A program made the translations under genes and the position numbers. This document shows, one piece after another, positions 1 to 9,155 of a DNA stretch of 64,000 nucleotides (the first letter of the stretch is position 1; the number at the start of each line of letters is the position of its first letter). The notes under the pieces are model-generated. The model saw only the letters and a program-made list of their open reading frames with translations, was not told where the DNA came from and searched no databases. The stretch covers positions 1 to 64,000 of IMG/VR virus record IMGVR_UViG_3300046697_000351. The stretch is one strand, 5' to 3'. The DNA comes from an uncultured virus (IMG/VR IMGVR_UViG_3300046697_000351). Its lineage: Duplodnaviria; Heunggongvirae; Uroviricota; Caudoviricetes.

Positions 1-1098
1 TGCGGGTGCGGGTGCGGGTGCGGGCGCTGCTGCCGGGGCCGCCGGGGCCGGAGCACCCATGCCCGGGAATCCCGGAACCCCCGCCGTGGTCGGCTGCGCG
101 GGAGGCATCGCCGTGGTCGGGAATCCCGCGACTCCCGCCGTCGTCGGCTGCGCGATAGGGATCGCCGCCGTGATCCCCGGAACCGGAGCCAGCCCCGTCG
201 CCATCGCCGGAGGGAAGGCCGTGGGGGCCACCGCCGGTGCCAACGTCGGAGCCGGGAGCGCGGCGGGGGCCATTCCCGACATCAGCGGCAGGCCCGGCGC
301 CGGGTACGAGGCCGCCGGAGCCGGTGCCGGAGCCGCAGCCTGTGACGGCGCTGCGGTCTGGTCCGTGACATTGACGACCTTCGTGACCTTCGCCAGAACG
401 TTCTGGGCCAGGTCCACGAACTCGAAGTCCGCGTAGCTGTACATCTTCTTGAAGGCCTTGTTCTCGCGCTCGGCGTGCTTGATCTTGATCACGCACGTGG
501 TGATGTCCACCCCCATCTGCTGGAGCTTGGGCATCAGGCCCTTGGCCCCGAACATGGCGTAGACCGAGGACTCCGGGGTGTTGACCATCACCGGGTTCTC
601 GTGCTCGTACATGACGAGACCGCCCTGGACCGGCACGAACTCCCGGTGCCACTTGATGGTGTAGCGCAGGGAGCAGGCGATGTTGCGGCCACCGTCACCG
701 AGATACTGCGGGCGCGCCGTCTCCGGGTGCTGCTCGTAGTACTTGTTGAAGGCGTCGACGCTGCTGATCCTCGGGCAAGAGGGGCAGGCGATGCCGCTGT
801 AGGCGGACTTGGCGTCGTCCGACCAACACGCCCGCTCGTTGTCCTTGAAGAACACGCGGTTGGCGCGCGCGGCGCAGACCTGGATGTAGAGTTCGGCCCG
901 GGCCTCATTCGTCTTCTTGTTCACGAAGCACTTGCGGTCCGTGTCGATCGCCCAGATTTCTCCGAACGAACCACCACCCAGAACATCCGGTGGAGGAGCC
1001 TCGACTGCGCCAGAGGCGTTGGCCTTGTCGAACGGGTTAGCCGTCCTCCCGCCCGTGACCATCGCTCCCGGCGTCCCTGCTGGTACCATGTCGTTCAT
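1..1098 (-). CDS. Putative ssDNA-binding/annealing protein with long Pro/Ala-rich tail (runs off window edge; absent from ORF track)
   Basis: Read manually: AGGAGG RBS, ATG at 1098 (MNDMVPAGTPG...), open to position 1, CPSC motif, PA-rich C-terminus. The product is inferred from its place in the replication module. Confidence 0.55.
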   Translation of the reverse strand, partial: MNDMVPAGTPGAMVTGGRTANPFDKANASGAVEAPPPDVLGGGSFGEIWAIDTDRKCFVNKKTNEARAELYIQVCAARANRVFFKDNERACWSDDAKSAYSGIACPSCPRISSVDAFNKYYEQHPETARPQYLGDGGRNIACSLRYTIKWHREFVPVQGGLVMYEHENPVMVNTPESSVYAMFGAKGLMPKLQQMGVDITTCVIKIKHAERENKAFKKMYSYADFEFVDLAQNVLAKVTKVVNVTDQTAAPSQAAAPAPAPAASYPAPGLPLMSGMAPAALPAPTLAPAVAPTAFPPAMATGLAPVPGITAAIPIAQPTTAGVAGFPTTAMPPAQPTTAGVPGFPGMGAPAPAAPAAAPAPAPAPA

Positions 1099-1122
1099 TT
1101 ACGATTCCTCCTTGGTTTGATC

Positions 1123-1701
1123 CTATCCACCGATACTGGGCGGAAAGGCACTCACGCTTCCCTCGCCATCGTCCGGGGCGTTGATCCCCGGGGTCAGGTC
1201 CTTGTCCGCGCCTGCGCCGTAGTACCGAGCGCGCCAGGCCTCCGCTCCCTTTTGCAGGGTCCGAAACGTATCCTTGCAGAACTCGTGCACCGTCTTCAGG
1301 TCCTCGATCGACCACTTCAGGGCGATCAGGTCGGGGTCGATCGTAAGGGCCCGCTCCAGCGCCGCGTCCGACTTCGGGCGCTTCGCCACTTCCTCGTTCC
1401 CGTTCAAGGCCGCCGCCTTCTGGGCCCTGACCCTGTCCATGGCCATGCCGTACTCGTTGAGCTTGAACGCGACGCGGGCGGCCATGACGTTGGTGTAGCT
1501 CATCACGACCTGAATCTTGACCATGAAGTGGGCGACGGCCCCGGGCAGGCAGTCGGTGTCGATGACGTTGGCCTGCTCCTCAGCCAGGTCCGTGAAGATG
1601 GAAAGGTTCAGGTTCGGCTCCCTGTCCAGTACCGCGAGGTTCGGGTTAAGTTCCGACCAGCTCTGAGGAAAATTGCACTTGTCGCTGAACAGCTTTATCA
1701 T
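1123..1701 (-). CDS. Helical protein, UvsY-like recombination mediator candidate
   Basis: Start MIKLFSDK overlaps the upstream stop; helical segment KSDAALERALTIDPDLIALK resembles phage UvsY-like proteins. Confidence 0.45.
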   Translation of the reverse strand: MIKLFSDKCNFPQSWSELNPNLAVLDREPNLNLSIFTDLAEEQANVIDTDCLPGAVAHFMVKIQVVMSYTNVMAARVAFKLNEYGMAMDRVRAQKAAALNGNEEVAKRPKSDAALERALTIDPDLIALKWSIEDLKTVHEFCKDTFRTLQKGAEAWRARYYGAGADKDLTPGINAPDDGEGSVSAFPPSIGG

Positions 1702-2066
1702 TTTTGCCTCCCCGTCATGGGATCGCGGGTCACCGCGTTCCTGATCTGGCCCAGAGTCAGGGCCTCGTTCACGCGCTGGATCACCTCTGACCTGACCCGG
1801 ACCATCATCTGCGCCCGCTCCATCGTCAGGCGCATGTTCCAGTTCAGGAAGAGGTTGTGCTTCTCGCTCTCGTACTTGGGGTCGAGCAACCGCTCCCACT
1901 GGGCCTGCGCCGTGAGCTGCGCGTAGGCCAGGGGCATAGGTAGGTAGACGTACTGCCCCTCCTTGACCGGACCGAAGGCCATGGACCCGTACTGGGTCGA
2001 CGTCGGCCACGTCTCCCCGTAGGTCTCCTCGACGTAACGAACATTCGGCGACTGGCTATGATCCAC
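1698..2066 (-). CDS. Hypothetical protein
   Basis: Overlaps both neighbours in the operon. Confidence 0.6.
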   Translation of the reverse strand: MDHSQSPNVRYVEETYGETWPTSTQYGSMAFGPVKEGQYVYLPMPLAYAQLTAQAQWERLLDPKYESEKHNLFLNWNMRLTMERAQMMVRVRSEVIQRVNEALTLGQIRNAVTRDPMTGRQK

Positions 2067-4203
2067 TGGCTCTCTCCTTACCGTCAGGTCCTTCCAGGCC
2101 CGGCGCCGGTGGAAGGGTGATGGGCTGGGCCACGGCCCGGGCCGCGATCTCCGCCCGTTTCCTGGGGTCTGCGGGGAATAGCTTCAGGTACCTGGGCACG
2201 AACTCAAAGTCTACGATGCAGTGCGCGGGACCGTAGCGGTTCTTCAGAATCTTCGACCGCCAGACGCCCTCCAGCTCCTTCTTCTTCGCGTCTACCAGAC
2301 CCTCTTCCAGCTCCGGTCGCCAGGCCCCGATCAGGACGTCGGCGGAGTCCCGGACCGCGCTGCTGTCGCGGGCGTGGGAGTCGTCGATGGCGACGCCTGG
2401 CTTACCGGCCTTGGTCGTCTGGTGCAAGCTGACGATCCGGCAGTTGAGGCGCTTGGCCACTTCCTTCTGCTCGCGCGCCAGGTACGACACCTGCTCGTAG
2501 ATGGAGTTGCCGTCGCCGTGGAGGTAGCCGAGATAATCGATGAAGATCACGGACACGGGCCTGCCGAAGTAGGCGAAGCCCGCGCCCCGGGTGTTCTCCT
2601 CGATCATCTTCAGGTTCAGGCCGCCCTGGTCGCAGACCAGGAGGTTCTTGAGCTTGGCGCTCAGGCTCTGGGCCGCCGAGAAAATCTTGCTGTTCTGGGC
2701 GTCGTTACCCGCGACCATCCACCTCTCGACCTCACCTCCATCCATCTCCCCGGCCATCTGCATGAAGCGCTCGAAGACCATCAGCGACTTTTGCTCAAGG
2801 CTGTAGAAGATCATGGGGACATCCGGCTGCGTCTCCCCGATCGACATCATCAACTGCTCCGCGAACGTGGTCTTCCCGGTCCCGGCGGCGGCGATCAGCT
2901 GCCAGACGTCTCCGGGCTTCATGCCCCGCGTGAGCTTGTCGTACGGAGCCCAGCCCGTGTTCACGCGCTGGCTGTCGATCGTGCGCGTGTACTCCTCGTA
3001 CTTTGTGATCAGGCTACCGATGTTGTCGAAGGAGATGCTGGAGACGGCCTCTCCGCCCTTGCCAGTCATGTAGTGGTCAACGATCGCCTCGTCCTTCGAC
3101 CACTTCTTGGCGAGGTAGGAAATCAGGTCCTTCTGGCTCAGCGGGTTCTCGGCGATGGCCACCATCGCCTTCGCCCGACGATACTGGAGTTCAACCACGG
3201 GCTCACTGGCCAGGACCTGATCGAGCAGGTACCGGTCCATGGGGATCGACTCCCGCACGATCTTCACCAAGGCATCCTTGCCGTGGTTGATCAGAACATC
3301 ATTCAAATCCTTCGAGCCATCCGGGATCACGACCGCGCGGATGTGGGCCTCAGGCACCGCTGAGTGGATCACGGTGCGGTTCACCAGGAGCTTGTCCTGG
3401 GCCGTCCTATCGTTGCAGGCCGCGAACAGGACCACCATCCCAAGACCGCCCAAAGCCCTTATCTCTTCCGCCTGCTCTTTGGTGACCTTCGACGAGCAAT
3501 ACGCCACTCCGGTCTTGATCCCTGCTTCCCAGAGCGCAGCACAACACATGTAGCTCTCGCAGAGGATAAGATGCTGGTCCTGGGACAGGAACCTCCGGGC
3601 CCGGTCAAAGTTATAGAGGATGCTCTTCTTGTCGTAGATTTCATCGGCGGCGTCATTCTTCCACTTCGGTCCGCCCTTGACAGCGTAGTCGAGATCGCGC
3701 CTGGCAAAAGCAACGATGCGCCCAAACTTGTCATTGATAGGTACGACGATCGAGTTCTCGCGAGTGGCGAAGGTGATGCCGAGGTCCTGGATAGTCTGGT
3801 CCGAGAGCTTACGCTCCTCGCGCAGGTATCGGACCAGCTCGGGTCGCGCGCTGCCGATTGTGGGAAGCGCCGACAGCATATCGGACTTCTCCTTCCTCCT
3901 CTTCTCAGACTTCTCATACCGATCACTCTCTTCCTGGCTGACCACGATGTTGTATTCTATGCACAGGGAACGGGCGGAATCGACGATGCTGAGATTCTGC
4001 CTCCGCGCCTCAAAATCAATTACTGACCCTCCAGAATTGCATTTTCCATAACACCAAAAATGATCTTTATATACGTAAAAACTTGGCGTGCGCTCCTCGT
4101 GGAATGGGCAGCAAGCCTTCATCGGCATCGTAGTACCGTGAAGTTCGACGTGCTTACCTATATGACGAATTATATCGACGGAATCGCGAACGCGATTAAA
4201 CAT
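2056..4203 (-). CDS. Fused DNA primase-helicase (CHC2 Zn finger + TOPRIM + DnaB-like helicase)
   Basis: CCPFHEERTPSF...CYGKC zinc finger, KDLND primase motif, Walker A AAAGTGKTT, IFIDYL Walker B, KNRYGP. Confidence 0.92.
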   Translation of the reverse strand: MFNRVRDSVDIIRHIGKHVELHGTTMPMKACCPFHEERTPSFYVYKDHFWCYGKCNSGGSVIDFEARRQNLSIVDSARSLCIEYNIVVSQEESDRYEKSEKRRKEKSDMLSALPTIGSARPELVRYLREERKLSDQTIQDLGITFATRENSIVVPINDKFGRIVAFARRDLDYAVKGGPKWKNDAADEIYDKKSILYNFDRARRFLSQDQHLILCESYMCCAALWEAGIKTGVAYCSSKVTKEQAEEIRALGGLGMVVLFAACNDRTAQDKLLVNRTVIHSAVPEAHIRAVVIPDGSKDLNDVLINHGKDALVKIVRESIPMDRYLLDQVLASEPVVELQYRRAKAMVAIAENPLSQKDLISYLAKKWSKDEAIVDHYMTGKGGEAVSSISFDNIGSLITKYEEYTRTIDSQRVNTGWAPYDKLTRGMKPGDVWQLIAAAGTGKTTFAEQLMMSIGETQPDVPMIFYSLEQKSLMVFERFMQMAGEMDGGEVERWMVAGNDAQNSKIFSAAQSLSAKLKNLLVCDQGGLNLKMIEENTRGAGFAYFGRPVSVIFIDYLGYLHGDGNSIYEQVSYLAREQKEVAKRLNCRIVSLHQTTKAGKPGVAIDDSHARDSSAVRDSADVLIGAWRPELEEGLVDAKKKELEGVWRSKILKNRYGPAHCIVDFEFVPRYLKLFPADPRKRAEIAARAVAQPITLPPAPGLEGPDGKERASGS

Positions 4204-5032
4204 AGAACTCCAGAGCACGTTCTATGGACCAACGCTTGGAATTGATCCTGTAGGATATTGTGTGGAGAGGAATCTTCTGTCTCCTAGACCACTCAGACAT
4301 GGTCAGAGTGATACCACCGCACTCTATGAGCCGATTGCGCCTAGTGTTGTTGGCGGACTCCGTGGGTGTGGACCACTTGCAATTTGATGGGGAATAACCA
4401 AGATCGTTGTTTTTCCTGTCTAAGTACATCCCCTTCGGCCTGGCGCCCATGTCATGGAGGAAATTGGAGAACGATCTCTTCCACCTATCGCAAACCGTTA
4501 TACCCCGACCACCATAATCTCTGAACTGCTTGTGGGTCTTCACAGTACAACGATAGACCATCTGCTGCCAGGTTTTATACTCCGACGTCACCGCGCCATT
4601 GAATGCGCACCCGTGAGTGACATTGGACGCCAACAAGCGCTCCCGGCGCAGGCATCCGCACGACGAAGTCCTACCAGAATCCAGGGCATATGCACTCGTG
4701 AATGTTTTTCCTCCGCAGCTGCAAGCGCATTCCCATAGGATGTGAATTGCACCGTTTGTCCGACGAACCCGAGTCATTCCGACCACCAATAGCCGCCCGA
4801 ATTTCTTGTTGATTAAATTTCTAAACCCATCATCCCGAACCGTGCGGAAACGACAGCCGCATGAACTAACGTGCCCCGAGGTCAACCGCCATGCCTCGAC
4901 CTTAATTGATTTACCGCACTCGCACGAGCACTTCAGCGTGGCGTGGGGTTTCATGGAAAAACCAACTACCAGCAAGCGCCCAAATTTCTTGCCGGAGTAA
5001 GAACGATACCTCTCCTCCAAATCTCTAATCAT
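4196..5032 (-). CDS. Free-standing HNH-type homing endonuclease
   Basis: Two KFGRLLVV...C-C-CG...SCGC repeats, DYGGRGITVCDRW, LDRKNNDLGYSPSNCKW; lower GC than flanks. Confidence 0.85.
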   Translation of the reverse strand: MIRDLEERYRSYSGKKFGRLLVVGFSMKPHATLKCSCECGKSIKVEAWRLTSGHVSSCGCRFRTVRDDGFRNLINKKFGRLLVVGMTRVRRTNGAIHILWECACSCGGKTFTSAYALDSGRTSSCGCLRRERLLASNVTHGCAFNGAVTSEYKTWQQMVYRCTVKTHKQFRDYGGRGITVCDRWKRSFSNFLHDMGARPKGMYLDRKNNDLGYSPSNCKWSTPTESANNTRRNRLIECGGITLTMSEWSRRQKIPLHTISYRINSKRWSIERALEFYV

Positions 5033-5466
5033 CAGAATTCCCCAGCGATCCCCTTCTCCTCATGAGCAGAGAACTCTGCGATCTTGGCAGCCTTGGGCAC
5101 CTTACCCTTCCCATTGCAGTGCGGGCACCTGACCATCTCCGTCACGTTCCGCGTCGGGGGCCTGCCCGTGAAGCTCCAGACCAGGCAGACCTTCCCGCTC
5201 ACCGAGCACTTGCGCTTGGACACGGCCTCGACCACGTCCAGGTTCTTCAGCTCGGTGAGCCTCGGCCTGACGCAGTCCCGCTGCGTCACGTTCAGCCTAG
5301 CCGTGACCTCGTTAGCGGTCATGGGCCCGTAGCTGTCGATGGCGACGACCACCAGCTTCTGGAGGTCTGAGACCAGGCCGTTGCCAACGATCTGCTGGTA
5401 TACCTCCCGCGAGATCGCGGCGCCGCTGACCGGGACCTGCGGCAGGTCCATCTGCGCGCTATCCAT
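5032..5466 (-). CDS. Winged-helix DNA-binding protein with C-terminal CPHCNGKG Zn knuckle
   Basis: GPMTANEV...VRPRLTELKNLDVVE wHTH pattern; GAGGAGG RBS. Confidence 0.6.
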   Translation of the reverse strand: MDSAQMDLPQVPVSGAAISREVYQQIVGNGLVSDLQKLVVVAIDSYGPMTANEVTARLNVTQRDCVRPRLTELKNLDVVEAVSKRKCSVSGKVCLVWSFTGRPPTRNVTEMVRCPHCNGKGKVPKAAKIAEFSAHEEKGIAGEF

Positions 5467-5938
5467 TGATCGCCTCCTCACCCACGGTCGGTGGCAGATG
5501 GGTGGTGGACGCTGACGCGGGTCCCGAGGTCTGGGGCTGCGGGGCGCCGGTCGCGGTCTGGCCCAGGACCGCCCGCGAGCCCACGGCGAGGTTGGGCCTG
5601 ATCAGGTCAGAGATCGAGATCACTCCCCCCGAGGCCTTGGCCACGGCATCGAAGAACAGTCCGAAGGCGACGCGCCCGCAGTTGTCCTTGAGCCACGGGA
5701 GCTTGGACCGGCGTGAGACGCACGTGCCCCAGGCCCCGTACTCGTCGACCAAGCTCTTTATTGACTGGATGCTGACCTTGCTGCGGCTGCCACGGAACCG
5801 AAGCTCGATCACGCGCTTGAACTCCTCCCACGCGCAATCGGCGAAGGCGGCGGCCTGGACTTCGGCGGCCTTGTTTGGGGTCATAACCTTCCCCTTGGTG
5901 GATGCCAGTATTTTTTCCACGGCTTCTTTCGCTTTCAT
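5459..5938 (-). CDS. Hypothetical protein
   Basis: RBS then ATG (MKAKEAV); operonic overlap. Confidence 0.55.
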   Translation of the reverse strand: MKAKEAVEKILASTKGKVMTPNKAAEVQAAAFADCAWEEFKRVIELRFRGSRSKVSIQSIKSLVDEYGAWGTCVSRRSKLPWLKDNCGRVAFGLFFDAVAKASGGVISISDLIRPNLAVGSRAVLGQTATGAPQPQTSGPASASTTHLPPTVGEEAING

Positions 5939-6192
5939 TTCCTCTCCCATGCGTCGAGTGCGGCTACGTGCGCCAGGCCCCAGTGCATCAGCGCGATCTC
6001 GAAGGTCACGATCGGGCCCCTGCCTTCGAGTACGGCCTTCCACGTCGAGTCTAGGTCAGCCTTCGTCACTGCCATGGCCACGGCCAGGTCCGGGCGCTGC
6101 TGGTCGAGCCAGGGACCCGTACCCTCCCTCCAGCGGTGGGCGAACGTGCCCTTCACCGACGAGAACTTTTGGGACAGGTCCTGGGCCGTCAC
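5935..6192 (-). CDS. Hypothetical protein
   Basis: GGAGG RBS then GTG; overlapping stop/start. Confidence 0.5.
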   Translation of the reverse strand: MTAQDLSQKFSSVKGTFAHRWREGTGPWLDQQRPDLAVAMAVTKADLDSTWKAVLEGRGPIVTFEIALMHWGLAHVAALDAWERK

Positions 6193-6374
6193 GGCTTCCT
6201 CCTGGGCTTCTGGTGCCGGGAGCAAAGGAACTTCCCCCCGACCTTCCTCAAGCCGTGGGTGATCATGCAGCCGTGGGCTCTGGCGTACGTCGTGTCCTTG
6301 ACCCAGGCCTCGCAGTACTCTCCGCGACGGGCGCGTCGGATTCCAGGAGTCACGGGGTAAGTGATCGGGGTCAC
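6189..6374 (-). CDS. Small Cys/His-containing protein
   Basis: GTGA overlaps at both ends. Confidence 0.45.
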   Translation of the reverse strand: MTPITYPVTPGIRRARRGEYCEAWVKDTTYARAHGCMITHGLRKVGGKFLCSRHQKPRRKP

Positions 6375-7225
6375 TGGGACCTCCTCTTGCCCCGGTTCTC
6401 CCGGGGGTTGTCGATAGTTACGATGTCTCCGTTGCCTTCGAGCCGGGACATGATCGGGTGGCCGTAGTTGTCGCCCAGGGCCTTGGCCACGCGCTCGACC
6501 GTGGGCTCGTTGTCGGTGACGATTACGGGCTTGCGGTTGTTCGTCCTATTATTGACCACCTCAAAGATGTGGCTCAACTTCTTATCGTCCCCACCCCGGA
6601 ACCGCGTGAGGTCGTCGATGACGAGGAGGTCGGTGGTCTCAAGCCTCTTCTCGTAGTCGGCGAGGGACCTGCGGCTGGCCTTGCAGCCCGGGTCGGTGTT
6701 CTGCTCGTCTTGGGCCTGCCCGCGAGGGAGGACCGGGTACCTCAGGTAGTGCTCAGAAATCTTTCCGAACCACTCCACGGGCTGGACGAAGCAGCAGACG
6801 TCCTGGTGGCACACGGATTCGGTCCAGTAGTCCTCGATAAGCTGCTGCATGATCGCGCACGCGAGGTGGGTCTTGCCCGCGCCGCTGTCGACGCCGAGCA
6901 GGATCAGGCACCGGCCACCGTTGCGGGCCCTGGTCCAGCCCCCGGCGTCCGGGGCCCCCTGCCAGTTGGTAGCGTACTTGTACGCGAAGTCCACGACGTT
7001 CTGGTAGTTGGGGTAGCGCTCGCGGACCGTGACGCTGCCGTTGTCGAAGCGCTTGCCCTGGTACTTGGGGGGGATGCGAGCTTCCGAGGACACGGCCAGG
7101 GCCTTGATCATGTCGGGCCAGCACGCGCAGTGGATAACGCCCTTGCCATCGGGACCCATGACCCAGGCCGATCCTTCGCACATGCCGTGGGGGCAGTGCC
7201 ACTTCCCGGCTAGGTCAAAGCTCAC
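6371..7225 (-). CDS. DnaC/IstB-like AAA+ helicase loader
   Basis: N-terminal CPHGMC...CAC Zn site, Walker A GVDSGAGKTHLA, Walker B LLVIDDL, IMSRL. Confidence 0.88.
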   Translation of the reverse strand: MSFDLAGKWHCPHGMCEGSAWVMGPDGKGVIHCACWPDMIKALAVSSEARIPPKYQGKRFDNGSVTVRERYPNYQNVVDFAYKYATNWQGAPDAGGWTRARNGGRCLILLGVDSGAGKTHLACAIMQQLIEDYWTESVCHQDVCCFVQPVEWFGKISEHYLRYPVLPRGQAQDEQNTDPGCKASRRSLADYEKRLETTDLLVIDDLTRFRGGDDKKLSHIFEVVNNRTNNRKPVIVTDNEPTVERVAKALGDNYGHPIMSRLEGNGDIVTIDNPRENRGKRRSQ

Positions 7226-9108
7226 TTGCGGTCCTCCCTGACCGGCGGCACGAAAACCTTGCCCGCCATAGCCTCTGGCGCCGGGTCAGGAGATGGGGCG
7301 GGCGCGGGCTTTACTGGCGACACGAAGACCTTGCCCGCCGTAGCCTCTGGCGCCGGGGCCGCAGAGGGGGCGGGAGCGGGCTTCTCCGGAGCGGAAGAAT
7401 CCTGGGACGGAACGGCACGGCCTGGAGCTGGGTCTGCCCTCTTATAGTCCCTAGCCTTCTCCTTGACGTCGCTGATCCCGGACCCGACCTTTACCCGATC
7501 CCTAGACTTCTTGGCTTTCAGGTGTAGGAACTTGTTCTTCTCGATCGCACGCAGTACGTGTGCAAACCCGTTCTTGACCACGTAGTAGCCGGGAGGCTCC
7601 GGCCACTTGGAGGAGTAGCTGATGCCCCTGAGCACCAGATCGTGGCTGGTGAGGGTCAAGGCATTCTCCAAGAACTTCACGTCATCACGGCAGAAGGGGA
7701 CACCAGTGAGCCTCTCGTACGTCTCGATGCAGGATACCTCCTTTGTCGTCCGCTCCTCCCGCTGCTCATCGGTCAACCTCGGCCCCCGCTGCCGGTAGAG
7801 ACCGGACAGCTGCTCCTGGTTCAGTTGCCGTTTCGACTTTGCGCGAATGTAATCACTGCTGGCGCTTGGCATAGCGCCGGGAGCGGGCGCCGTTCGGCCC
7901 GCGACCGGCGCGCCAGCGCCACCGGCCAGAGCCCACGTTGAGGGCTCTGCCTGCAAACTACATTTAATAGTTAAACCGGTTAATTGGTTGACATCACAAT
8001 CAGATTTGATAGATATATCATTTAATTGGTTGACATCACAATCAGATTTGATAGATATATCATTTAATTGATTGGTATCATTGTCTGTTGGCACCCAGAG
8101 CCCACGCTGAGGGCTCTGTGAAAAGTCGGCACCGGCTTCCTGTCCCTCACTTGGGACCTGCCCACGGCTTGGGCTCTGTGGAAAGTTTATGTCGTCAGAG
8201 GCCAGCTCCCAGGACGGAACTACCCCCAAGTCCCCTGGCGCCGGTATCGGGAAATCCTTGGCCACGACTACGCTTATCCCGTTCTCTGACCACTCCGAAC
8301 GCCAGTTCACGGAGTCCTCAATCCTGGCCTTCGCCACCGACTCTGGGGTCACTGGCTCCGAACTGTGGTAACCGACCGCTGGGTCGACGCCGCAGTTCAT
8401 GTTGGCAAAGTCTTCAAGCCCAGGAACTCCGCAAATTGTTCTTATGATATCAGCATTTCCTGGCAGTATGCTTAAAACTTTACACAGAGCCCACGAGTTG
8501 GGCTCTGTGGAATCTTCGGTTACGTAGATTGGGGCCTCGGATACCAGGTTGCAGGGACTGTTCTGGGCCACTGGAGCGGTAAGGCGCCGGATTAACTGCG
8601 TGTTTATGCTCTTGGCCTGGGGCTCGATCTCCAGCTCCACGGTCTTCGGCGTGATATTGGTCACGAACGACCGTAGCCACGAGGCCTCTGGCTCGATCAG
8701 GTGGATTCCGGTGGTCCTCTGGTAGGGGTAGATGCGGATCAGCGGCGGCCTGGTCCAGGAGTGTCCTGGACGGTACAGGATTAGGTCGGCGCGGCTCATG
8801 GCCTTGAGGTAGGTGTCGATGGAGTTGCGTCCCAGGCCCCCGGAGATCGCGGACAGCGCCCGCCAGTCCACCGCGACCTCCCCATACCAGACTCCTTTAT
8901 AGGCGTGGTAGTCGGCGACGGAGATCAGGTCCCGTAGGAAGCCTACGAACCTTTGCAGCTTAGGTTCGAGCAGGAGCGTGGTCGTGGGAGCAATCCAGGG
9001 CCTCTGGACCAACACCGTCTTCTCTCCCCTGTAGAGGGCCAGGACCGTGCGGTCCTTGCCGTCTACGCACCTGGCTGAGCAAGCCCAGATCGCGGTCTTC
9101 GGTACCAT
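7222..9108 (-). CDS. Phage replication initiator (wHTH N-terminus, DnaD-like C-terminus); exact start uncertain
   Basis: Directly upstream of the loader; wHTH-like LSAISGGLGRNSIDTYLKAM; DnaD-like IETYERLTG...LVLRGISYS; internal DNA repeats. Confidence 0.7.
   Translation of the reverse strand: MVPKTAIWACSARCVDGKDRTVLALYRGEKTVLVQRPWIAPTTTLLLEPKLQRFVGFLRDLISVADYHAYKGVWYGEVAVDWRALSAISGGLGRNSIDTYLKAMSRADLILYRPGHSWTRPPLIRIYPYQRTTGIHLIEPEASWLRSFVTNITPKTVELEIEPQAKSINTQLIRRLTAPVAQNSPCNLVSEAPIYVTEDSTEPNSWALCKVLSILPGNADIIRTICGVPGLEDFANMNCGVDPAVGYHSSEPVTPESVAKARIEDSVNWRSEWSENGISVVVAKDFPIPAPGDLGVVPSWELASDDINFPQSPSRGQVPSEGQEAGADFSQSPQRGLWVPTDNDTNQLNDISIKSDCDVNQLNDISIKSDCDVNQLTGLTIKCSLQAEPSTWALAGGAGAPVAGRTAPAPGAMPSASSDYIRAKSKRQLNQEQLSGLYRQRGPRLTDEQREERTTKEVSCIETYERLTGVPFCRDDVKFLENALTLTSHDLVLRGISYSSKWPEPPGYYVVKNGFAHVLRAIEKNKFLHLKAKKSRDRVKVGSGISDVKEKARDYKRADPAPGRAVPSQDSSAPEKPAPAPSAAPAPEATAGKVFVSPVKPAPAPSPDPAPEAMAGKVFVPPVREDRK
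7927..8509. other. Putative replication origin inside the initiator gene
   Basis: Four CAGAGCCC-ACGNNNN-GGGCTCTG dyads (7927, 8096, 8156 with degenerate left arm, 8485) around an AT-rich 42-bp tandem repeat. Confidence 0.75.
7980..8080. repeat. AT-rich 42-bp tandem repeat (2 exact copies + partial)
   Basis: TTAATTGGTTGACATCACAATCAGATTTGATAGATATATCAT at 7980 and 8022, partial at 8064. Confidence 0.95.
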
Positions 9109-9124
9109 TCTCCACAGCGGCAGG

Positions 9125-9155
9125 AAACAAAAAGACCGCCCGTGCCAGGCGGTCT
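9125..9155 (-). terminator. Intrinsic terminator in the 5' leader of the replication operon (attenuator-like)
   Basis: AGACCGCC/GGCGGTCT 8-bp stem, 7-nt loop, then U-tract on the minus strand. Confidence 0.7.

Noticed and set aside
1..24. (TGCGGG)4 hexamer repeat
   Set aside because: Encodes the Pro-Ala linker of the minus-strand ORF
475..4026. Long plus-strand ORFs (475-1926, 2221-3363, 3364-4026) and similar antisense ORFs elsewhere (e.g. 13951-15306, 21964-23310)
   Set aside because: Shadow frames opposite well-supported genes, expected with high GC3
7252..7358. Direct repeat of ~34 bp at 72-bp spacing
   Set aside because: In-frame duplication (PAPEA-AGKVFV-PV) in the initiator's disordered tail; no sign of a DNA-level role
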